Shown here: positions 43,301 through 51,202 of the stretch, in pieces
Position numbering within the stretch: position 1 is the first letter of the stretch
How the letters are laid out: every line of letters starts with the position of its first letter
Assembly (NCBI GenBank): GCA_964016885.1
Contig: OZ024741.1
Location: forward strand, 368,528,001-368,592,000
Source: Eledone cirrhosa
Lineage: Eukaryota
DNA length: 64,000 bases
Direction: 5' to 3'
Notes under the pieces: generated by a model
What the model was told of the DNA's origin: nothing
What the model saw: only the letters and a program-made list of their open reading frames with translations
The model's database searches: none
Translations under genes and position numbers: made by a program

Positions 43301-44574
43301 TCAACCAGTTCAAAGCTTTAAATTTGCAGTTCATCTACTCTGGACATGAACTTGCGATATATAGAATGAAGAGAAGCGTGTATTTACAACTCTCTAAGCC
43401 AGGGGTGGATGAAGCTTGCATGTGTCCCTGGTTACAAGGCTTTTGCATATTATTTATGATAGCAAAAACATTAATTTGGGTCCCTCGCTACAGCTTAATC
43501 ACCCCCCCCCCCCGCACACACACACACTTAATCTGACACTGCCTTTACACAAATGGTTTCCAACACATTCTCATGACAATACCCTTTTCTTTTTCTCAAA
43601 TGGCAACAACAAAATAAAATTTTAAATTCAAAGCCAACCAGCGAACCTCAATGTGATCGCTCGATCTACAAAAAATAACTAAATCTTCCTGAAATCACAA
43701 ACCTGATAGCTAAAAAAAAAACAGTATTATTGTAGTACCCCCACCCCTCGATTTCAGTAGGAAATTGCGGCATGTTTGGAGGTCCGATTATAAGGAAAAA
43801 TCGAGAAAAATATATTTCCCACTGAAATTGGGAAGCTGTGATTTTCTATAAATTCACCTCCACTCCACAAAAAAAAAACGATGTATTCATAGTTATACAA
43901 AAAGACGGGACGGTCACATCTGGATTGCCTTTAATAGTAACTTTACTCATTCAGGCCCAACCTAATGACTAAACAAAACAACAAAAAGAGAGACTTAATT
44001 CACTATCAACAATTTAATAACATAATGAAATAGAACTAAGATATTCAGTGATCCCAAAGTTGGATATTTTTCTCTACAAAATATCCGACACAATGGAACA
44101 TTAGCCTTCTTCGATAATTTACATACAAAGAAACAATCAATTCAAGAGTTGAATTATATGAGGAAGCGTGATGTACGAAAATTAATTTAAAAAATAAAAA
44201 AAATAACGTTGTTATGGATTCACATAGAAGAATGAAATTAGTGAAAATTTCTAATAGCAATCTGTAATAATGTAGTAAAATATATCAGCGAAATGACAGG
44301 ATAAATGTAAATAATAATATACACGGAACTGAATTGCAAATAAAAGGCAACCAGTAAATTTAGATACAAAAGCCATATGCAATGACTGCTCCCATGTGAG
44401 TCAGCACTTATTAGAATGATCAATTTGTAGAATTGTCAAAACTAAAATAAAAAAATTAATGTAAGCTTACTTACAGACATTTGTTAATAAATCTATACTT
44501 CTATCTTTTTCTTTTTTTTCTTCTAACTTGCTCGCTTCTTCAAAAACAGACTTTATATTTTTTGTAACCGCCAT
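6770..44574 (-). CDS. PSMD11: 26S proteasome non-ATPase regulatory subunit 11 (Rpn6); whole gene span, 13 coding exons, 1278 nt, 425 aa
   Basis: Exons assembled by hand with GT-AG boundaries and consistent phases. Diagnostic Rpn6 motifs: [77 protein letters not shown]. Confidence 0.97.
7257..8938. repeat. Minisatellite, ~29 copies of a 54/57/60-bp unit (ACTCAGTTAATAGACAACA[ATC]TGTAACATCACAACTGGGTAGTGTCATCACTAGATATA) in the last PSMD11 intron
   Basis: Highly homogeneous tandem units visible directly. Confidence 0.98.
9950..10413. mobile_element. piggyBac-type MITE (TTAA..CCTTT / AAAGGG..TTAA) with a nested SINE at ~10060-10265
   Basis: TTAA at both ends and short TIRs. Related 5' ends at ~1830, 13165, 24277 and 40261. 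Confidence 0.65.
10983..11192. mobile_element. piggyBac-type MITE, ~200 bp (other copies 34681-34882 inverted and 39868-40033)
   Basis: TTAA-C(C/T)CTTTAGCATT ... AATGCTAAAGG(G/T)-TTAA; three copies in the window. Confidence 0.8.
11265..11718. mobile_element. MITE-like element with ~80-90-bp imperfect terminal inverted repeats
   Basis: AATGTTTGTGCCTCTAATA...ATAGATTTCACTGCC is mirrored by GGCAATGAAATCTATG...ATTAGAGGCACAAACATT. Confidence 0.65.
11780..11831 (-). CDS. PSMD11: PSMD11 exon 12 ([18 protein letters not shown])
   Basis: ttgtag acceptor, gtaact donor, 52 nt. Confidence 0.95.
12394..12429 (-). CDS. PSMD11: PSMD11 exon 11 ([12 protein letters not shown])
   Basis: cttcag acceptor, gttagt donor, 36 nt; fills the exact gap between exons 10 and 12. 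Confidence 0.9.
12700..12900 (-). mobile_element. Degraded RTE-type LINE RT fragment
   Basis: [30 protein letters not shown] (RT motif QxGF). Confidence 0.7.
13855..13980 (-). CDS. PSMD11: PSMD11 exon 10 ([42 protein letters not shown])
   Basis: tgcag acceptor, gtatgt donor, 126 nt; PCI domain. Confidence 0.97.
15037..15163 (-). CDS. PSMD11: PSMD11 exon 9 ([42 protein letters not shown])
   Basis: atcag acceptor, gtaaga donor, 127 nt. Confidence 0.95.
17059..17471 (-). mobile_element. Tandem dimer of a ~190-bp tRNA-derived SINE (single copies also at ~19250-19445 + and ~28690-28878 -)
   Basis: A-box-like TGGCAGTATCGG and B-box GAGTTCAAATCC; conserved central GCCTTTCATCCTTACGGGGTCGATAAAATAAAGTACCAG; 15-bp CTTTGAATAAATAAT flanks both units. 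Confidence 0.85.
17770..18068 (+). mobile_element. tRNA-derived SINE (TGGCTTAGTGG A box, GAGTTCAATTC B box) with RTE-type 3' tail and (GAT)n
   Basis: Pol III boxes; tail CCCACCCTTGCAAGCAGGGAAAAGCGGACG shared with RTE 3' ends at ~26810 and ~62580. Related heads at 48800-49125 (-), 60795-60915 (+), 31060-31275 (-). Confidence 0.8.
18199..18343 (-). CDS. PSMD11: PSMD11 exon 8 ([48 protein letters not shown])
   Basis: tgcag acceptor, gtaagt donor, 145 nt. Confidence 0.97.
19510..19592 (-). CDS. PSMD11: PSMD11 exon 7 ([28 protein letters not shown])
   Basis: tcaag acceptor, gtaaag donor, 83 nt. Confidence 0.96.
19900..21250 (+). mobile_element. Degraded CR1/Jockey-group LINE 5' part (ORF1-like Cys/His remnant plus APE endonuclease)
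   Basis: [13 protein letters not shown]; LLLNVRGL; ALTET; [11 protein letters not shown]; [11 protein letters not shown]...FSDHNIV, with stops and frameshifts. Confidence 0.75.
22230..22730 (+). mobile_element. RTE LINE 3' fragment with composite 3' UTR and (GAT)n tail
   Basis: [38 protein letters not shown] matches the C-terminus of the 56152-59121 ORF. Confidence 0.85.
23634..23745 (-). CDS. PSMD11: PSMD11 exon 6 ([38 protein letters not shown])
   Basis: tatag acceptor, gtaaat donor, 112 nt. Confidence 0.97.
25440..27600. mobile_element. Cluster of RTE LINE remnants in both orientations (25440-26350 -, 26400-26850 +, 26870-27600 -)
   Basis: Translations match RT/C-terminal motifs ([34 protein letters not shown]). 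Confidence 0.85.
28098..28155 (-). CDS. PSMD11: PSMD11 exon 5 ([19 protein letters not shown])
   Basis: polyT-ccag acceptor, gtaagt donor, 58 nt. Confidence 0.95.
31378..31449 (-). CDS. PSMD11: PSMD11 exon 4 ([24 protein letters not shown])
   Basis: cttag acceptor, gtgagt donor, 72 nt. Confidence 0.97.
33000..33124 (-). CDS. PSMD11: PSMD11 exon 3 ([41 protein letters not shown])
   Basis: tgtag acceptor, gtaata donor, 125 nt. Confidence 0.97.
34283..35016 (-). mobile_element. Second copy of the Helitron-like element, with a piggyBac MITE inserted at 34681-34882
   Basis: Reverse-complement homology to 16985-18161 after removing the nested inserts. Confidence 0.7.
36140..37470 (-). mobile_element. 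Degraded RTE-clade LINE (EN/RT fragments)
   Basis: [29 protein letters not shown]; [12 protein letters not shown]-like EN end. Confidence 0.8.
38349..38708. repeat. ~360-bp near-perfect palindrome formed by inverted duplication inside a SINE
   Basis: 38349-38520 is the reverse complement of ~38535-38708 with few differences. Confidence 0.92.
38969..39540 (+). mobile_element. Non-autonomous Helitron (572 bp)
   Basis: A|TCTCTATATATAAA 5' end; subterminal GC hairpin CCCG-TGCAACGC-CGGG; CTAG|T 3' end; no TSD. Confidence 0.85.
40102..40200 (-). CDS. PSMD11: PSMD11 exon 2 ([34 protein letters not shown])
   Basis: cccag acceptor, gtaagc donor, 99 nt. Confidence 0.92.
40312..41880 (-). mobile_element. 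5'-truncated, frameshifted RTE LINE of the same family as 56110-59517
   Basis: [46 protein letters not shown]; composite tail with (GAT)n. Confidence 0.9.
44475..44574 (-). CDS. PSMD11: PSMD11 coding exon 1 ([33 protein letters not shown])
   Basis: ATG in GCTATGG context; GTAAGT donor; phase 1 joins exon 2; resembles the Rpn6 N-terminus (F..A..L....SIDLL). Confidence 0.85.
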
Positions 44575-46485
44575 AGCTTTACTTGTAAAGAGTGCGAACG
44601 TCTTACACACGGTGTCACATTATATTTGTCCCCATCTAGTTAATTTCTATAAAGGCCAGCTACTATGTCTGAAAAATATCGTATCAATTCCTTGTTATAA
44701 AAACATGTTACTAATATTTGCTATTTGTATACAAAAGTGGAAAACAACTTTTTCCCGTTTCTTTTTTATTGCTAGAACGACATATTATTTCAGAATATGA
44801 TAGTTCTGGTGTAAAATTGTTAGGTCAATTTGTCAGGGACTGCTAGGAATGAATGCTTTTTTTTAAAAGTTTACTCGGAAGTTGAAATCACATTTTTCAA
44901 TAATTTAAGTAATAATTTAGCTTTTTCTAATATTGTTCACTGTCTAAATGTTTTTGTCTTGTGGTTCGTGGATTCCCAAATATTTTTCATGCAATGTTAC
45001 TTTTGATTGTATCGTTAAAACAAAATGTTTTAGATATATTCTCTAAAATCACTGAAACTTTCATATCAAAAGGAAATGTTCATTGCTTTTTGATTATGTT
45101 ATGACTTCATTACACAAAGGCTGTTATAACGAGCATGCCTCTAGTCTTAAAAGTGAGCTCAAACATGGCTACCCTAATGATACGGGTGTGGACGGTGTGA
45201 AGAAACCTCTGGCGTGTGGAAGCCCAGATGCAAGTCTCCTCATTGTCTCAGTAGACAGAATAGAGAAAATGTCGCCCCAGAGTGAGACGCGTTGGAATAG
45301 CCACTCCAACTCGTTCCTGTGGGTGGCCAACTCCGCCCCGTAGCAATCAGTAATGTGATAGTCCAGACACTAAGGACGCTGAAAGTCTCCACAGCTACAG
45401 GTTCGATCACAAACCTATCGGAGAGCGGGCGATACTACGACAGCTTGCAATCTTTGGATTGACGGGTAGCAAAGCCTAGTTTATACGTCAAATGCACCAG
45501 CCTGCCGCTGGAGAAGGTATCATCGCATATCATAGAATTACCACCGTGGAGCGGTCTGGCCTTTTGCTGTGACCTTGCCCTGCTGTAAAGGAAAGCCTGC
45601 AGCGTCTAAGCCAAGCTTTATGATCTCATTGAGAGCAGTGGGAGGTGGCTGACGGGAGGCAACATTTCGAATTATACGTCGATTCCAGGGGAAAATAACT
45701 GTCACTGTTAAAGGTTTTAGAGATCTGTCGTTATAGGTAATTGCTATGTAAACAAGGCGATCTGTCAGCTTTTGAAAGTTGCATTAAATATCACTGTCAG
45801 CTAATTCAACAGTAATACAAAGAAAAGGAAATATCACAGCATGCATGGATAGACATCAAATAATATCATCGGTACGTATCTTATCGTGACACCGGCACTA
45901 ACACTTTGCAGAGTGTACGGGGCGCAATTTAGAATAAGCATCCGTACTAGGAGTAGATGAGTGGCTTGTGAGGGCAGTACAAGCCATATGTAGAGGAACA
46001 GTCAGAAAGGTCAGAATTAACAATGACTTTAGCGAAGAATTTGTGTCATGGCAGCGTCGATGTCCATCATCATCATTGAACTGTTCTGAGACAAGCCAGA
46101 TCAGATGACTGTGTCTTGCTCATACAGAACTGTTTCTGGCTTGGTTTCTACAGCTGGATGCCCTTCTTAATGCCAACCACATTTACTGGTGCTTTTTCTT
46201 GTGTCACTAAAACGGCCACCTTACAGGAAGGACTGGGTATATATATATATATATATTATTTAGAAAACGTGAGCGAAAACACAAAAACAAGGACAATTCC
46301 TGCTCATCGGCTGTCTTCTGTGGTTCACTACTGTTTCAAACGTATTAAAGACAGTACATCTCACCATAGTGCGTTAATAGCTAAAATGGATAGCTATCCG
46401 GGAAGAAACACAACGGACGATAACGACGAGACTGACAAAAAACAAAAAGAAAGAAAGACATTCCGATAGAGAAAGGGGAAAAGAC

Positions 46486-48597
46486 TGTAGCGGTTGTCTC
46501 CCTTGTTTTGATTAGGATCTAGACGGGAAGTGGAACCCTTTCTGCAACTTCCGGTCAGAGCCCTATAAAACTAACAACTTTAAGCTTCCTTTCTCTCATT
46601 GCCTTTTCGGCACCAGGTCAAGAGCCTCTCATTGGGCTCTGCCATTCATTTGGCCAACAGGCGCCTGGCCTTAGCCAGGCGTCCTCTGCCAGCCGCGTTT
46701 GCCTGGCAATCAAAACGGTAACTACTAACTTTGCTTCATTTTAACAACATCCTCATCTTTGACATGTCAAGTATACTATCTACCATTGTTAATTAAATAT
46801 TATACACACAAACCATGTCTCGTTTTGTTACATTCATACAACCTCAGTAATCTCGCTATATTGGTAACCCTGACGTGATACGAACACGCAGCCGTTCATC
46901 GCTATAAGTGGTCACCCCCCCAAAAAAAATAGCACATCTGGTTTTGTGAGTAACATTACGAATACACAGCAAATTTAGCGACAAACTATGAAAATACTCA
47001 AGGACACGCACACACGCACATGTGGAATTCGCACAGACAGACTTTTTCTCTCACGCATCAATTAACTGTCGCATTTCACCAATATATATATATGTTTCTC
47101 GTTTCTTACAACGAACACTTTCAAAACAAAAAAAAAAAAAAAACATTTCACGATATATATATATGTTTCTCGTTTCTTACAACGAACTCTTTCAAAACAC
47201 ACAAAAAAAAAAAGAAATTTGATATTCTTTAAAAAAACATTTCAACAGGAACATTTATTTTCGATGAACCATTGCCTTTTTGTTCATCGTTTTCTTCATC
47301 GTTCAAGTTTTTTTTTTTTTTTTCCAAAAGTTCACACCAATAATTATGCTGAGTGAAGCCTTTCTTTTTCATCATTGTCACTTTCAAAATTGCACTATCA
47401 TTTTCTCGCGCGTTAGAAATATTATTTTTTTCAACCTTGTATTGGCACGTGTAGGCAGCACAAATTCTCGATTCACAGAGATGTCTCTACTCACAGACAG
47501 CCGCACGCCAGAGATAACATTTCTCACCAGGGATTCTTCAGCCTTAAGCTATATTCTTCTATTTGCCGGTTTATAAATTTACAATGTAAATTTACCGTTG
47601 ATAACCGCGCATTTATTAAGAATGCTTATTTCTCTGGTCGCTGGCCTCTTGACCCTTCCAGGTCAACGCATTCTCAACATCGACCATCAACTTCGGCTGC
47701 TATTTCTAGCACTTTGCGCAACTCATTTTTTCTAAAAAAATTTTTTTTTACTGTGAATTTAAACACCGAATACGCTCACTCAGCGAGACAACAGCAGCAG
47801 CAACAGCAATACATTAATACAGCTTCACCAAAGCCAGAGAATTCATTTTTGCAGCACTCTTCCTGTGAGAAAATCCATTCGGAGGTTGGAAATTTCACGA
47901 TATACCACAGAACAGAAACCACCTGCATTCATTCTCTGGAACACACTTTCTTTCCTGCTGTCATGTGATTGCACACCTGTGAACTATATTTTGAACTTTG
48001 AGCTCTTCTATTACTTTTAATTTATTACATTGTATCTTTGGGTGATGGATAGATGGATGTCCAGTCGTTCTCTGGCCAAGAGCGGTTGGCTACCTTGATA
48101 TCTATCATTGATTTTTCCAAACATTCTTTTGTCGTAATTTTCATGCCTGTTACAACATTCTCGCCAACTTGCTACATATTTTCATTTCGATTTTTATACA
48201 CTAAAATTCTGGTGGGAGGTTATGTAGCGGTTGTCTCCCTTGTTTTGATTAGGATCTAGACGGGAAGTGGAACCCTTTCTGCAACTTCCAGTCAGAGCCC
48301 TATAAAACTAACAACTTTAAGCTTCCTTTCTCTCATTGCCTTTTCGGCACCAGGTCAAGAGCCTCTCATTTGGCTCTGCCATTAATTTGACCAACAGGCG
48401 CCTGGCTAAGGCCAGGCGTCCTCTGCCAGCCGCGTTTGCCTGGCAATCAAAACGGTAACTACTAACTTTGCTTCATTCTAACAACATCCTCATCTTTGAC
48501 ATGTCAAGTATACTATCTACCATTGTTAATTAAATATTATACACACAAACCATGTCTCGTTTTGTTACATTCATACAACCTCAGAAAACTCGCTATA
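46486..48597 (+). mobile_element. Non-autonomous LTR retrotransposon (TRIM/LARD-like): LTRs 46486-46860 and 48223-48597 (375 bp each), no gag/pol
   Basis: Direct repeats with TGTAGCG...CGCTATA termini; 4-bp TSD AGAC (46482-46485 and 48598-48601); tRNA-Trp PBS from 46862; purine-rich tract GGTGGGAGG before the 3' LTR; TATAAAA in the LTR. Confidence 0.93.
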
Positions 48598-49235
48598 AGA
48601 CTAAGGCAGCAGTACATGAAAGTTTGGTAGCAACCGAGGGAAAAGGAAAGGGAAAGACTTAATACTAGTGGTTGAACATAGGTTCTGAAACCGTATTAAC
48701 AACAAGCGGGAGAACATTTTCTAAATAATATTTATTGGTAACCACACAGCCCCGTTCTCACTTTTTTAATTCATATATATATATATTGAAGGCCCCACTC
48801 GGTCACGAATGACCATGGTTTTGCACCTAGAAAGTTTCCCCTCGAAGGCACAAGCCTGGGCAAGGTTTGTTTTGTGGAAGACCAGTAGTCACCCATGCAT
48901 CCCAGTCTCCCCTCTCCATGTCACCAATGTTGTCCAAGGGAAAGGTAATGACCTATATAGCTTGGCACCAGTGATGTTGCAACTCATTTCTACAGCTGAG
49001 TAAACTGGAGCAATGTGAAATAAAGTGTCTTGCTCAAGGACACAACACATCACCTGGTCTGAGAATTGAACTCACAACCTCTCAATTGCAAGCCCAATGC
49101 TCTAACCACTAAGCCATGTGCCTTCACACACACATGTATGTATGTATGTAAAAGGTAAACAGAAATAACAACACAATCGGTACAGTATATGGAAGGAATA
49201 TATTAGGTTAACGCTTGAAATAGCAGGAAGAGGGC

Positions 49236-49269
49236 CTTAACGTTTCGGACGCTAGTCCTTCATCAGAAG
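49236..49269 (-). ncRNA. Minimal type I hammerhead ribozyme motif (Penelope-associated type)
   Basis: ctt-CTGATGA-A-GGAC-tagc-GTCC-GAAA-CG-TT-aag: core boxes, stem II hairpin, palindromic AACGTT stem III, 3-bp stem I. Confidence 0.65.
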
Positions 49270-50639
49270 AAAGAATGAGGAATAAGATAGATTGAAGGGA
49301 TGGGCGGGTTGGAATTTTAAAAAATTTCTTTAGATAAAAATAACAGGTCCATGCATGTTGACATCTCTTGGAAAACTGTTGATGCTGGCGTTTTGTGTAT
49401 GATTTATTTTTTTAGAAAAGTGGACGATGGAGCACGTCTACCTGAAATGTGAAAAAAAACGTTTTGTAAAAATAGCTATACTTGTGCACGTATATGTGTG
49501 TGTTATTATACATCCGTATGAAGCTAAGAAAAAAATGTGTGTGTATATGTAAGTAAAAGAGTGTGTGTAAAAGAGTAAGTATGAAGCTATGAGCAAAAGT
49601 ATGTTAATATAAGGGTGTGTATATGTGTATATAAGGGCAAAGGAGCTCTTAAGAGTCAATGGCCATCCAAAATCACTGGGAGAGATGACCCCTTAGCCTT
49701 TGTCAAGGCAGAATTCTAGGAGAAGGAAAACTCTGATATAACACCTGCAACCCTGATGGTATCCAATGATGTTGACTTGTTCTTCTTTTTGGTAAATATC
49801 ATCTTGGTTAAGAGAGTGGGACTGGCTTTGTGCAGTGCCTTTGCTCACTATAAAAGCTTCACGGCACAGGCATTGCTTTGTATCTGGATATCTCTCTGCA
49901 CTTGTCGTCACATGGTACCAAAGGCAAAGCACTATGTGTCAATAATTGTTACAAGTGTAGTGTTTGTACCAGAGTTTTCAAGTCGCTGGCTGGACTAAAA
50001 AGTCACACTCGTTCAGCGCATCGGTAGGGGTTCTCCTACATGGATATAAAGTAGTGGCCGTACTCGAAAACGAGTTGGCAGCCACCATATGTGTGTATAC
50101 AGAGCTGTGAAGGGAAAAGTGGAGTTAGCATATATAGTCGGTCTGTTTTAGTTGTAAGAGAATATATTTCTGACCATAAGAGAGCCATAAGAATCTAGGG
50201 GTGAATGTACAAGCGTGTGTGATAATGGACGGGGTATTAAAGAAATTGGGGAGGTAAGTTGAGTCCTTATCAAATACGTACAGACACACAGGTATCTAGA
50301 TTTATATATCCCACCACACACACATATATTTATAACAAACAAACAAGAGGATGCATTAACTTAAAGTCTTATTAATTTCATGCTTAAAAGAAAGAGTGTT
50401 AAACAATCAATATATCGTCCCTTCATCAGGAATAACTGAGTTTGGAGTGTAGAATAAAGACAGAATGAAAAAAGGAAAAATGTCAAGAAAATAAAAAATA
50501 AAATAAATTAAAATGAAAATAAAAAAGACCGGGGTAGGAGGTGATTAACCGTTAATCGTGCGCCAGTATTTTAGACATTTTAAATCTGGGGAGTTGTGTT
50601 GTTTATATGGATAATGAGGTTGCTGGAGAGAATCCTGTT

Positions 50640-50880
50640 TATCTCAGTTTGTAATTAGAAAATTTACTGGTGGCTTTGTACCTAGAGAAAATTGTCTGCT
50701 CGATTTTGCTGTCAAATAGAAATTTATTATATTGCAGAATATGGAGCAATTCTGTATTGCAGAGTCTGCATTGGGACATCCCGTTCATGTAGGCTTTGGC
50801 ATTCAATAATTTCGATCATTATTATTGCTTTTATTCTTGTTATTTTTCATGTATCTATAAATACCAACGGACTGTATCAT
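50640..50880 (-). mobile_element. Penelope-like element remnant (GIY-YIG endonuclease C-terminal region)
   Basis: Translates to NAKAYMNGMSQCRLCNTELLHILQYNKFLFDSK...SKFSNYKLR*, resembling the PLE 'A.PY....CxLCxxE..IL....LN' tail. A partial CTGATGAAGG hammerhead box lies downstream (~50420-50430, - strand). Confidence 0.6.
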
Positions 50881-51202
50881 ATACACAATTCAGTATCCTA
50901 AAAATTGGGTCGGGTATTAACTCTAATTAAAATAGAGTAACGTAGCATTTTATGAACATCGGTTTTTAGACACACCAGACTAATGAAAGATTTGTTAATA
51001 CTTTGAATAAACCCTATTGTACAGCCAATCCATGTTATTCTTCACTCATTTACTATTATTACTCCAAGAACCGCTTACCTAGGAACTGTCTTGAATCGGC
51101 CACCCGAACACCACAACTAAGGAAACTTCTTGTTGAGTCAAACAACGTTGAACGTTAAAACTACCCTTGATACAGAGTACTCATAACCTCTACTTGGATT
51201 AC

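Noticed and set aside
47596-47690. CpG-containing segment with ATG and GTAAAT donor as possible PSMD11 exon 1
   Set aside because: In-frame stops, lies inside the LTR element, and a better exon 1 exists at 44475-44574.
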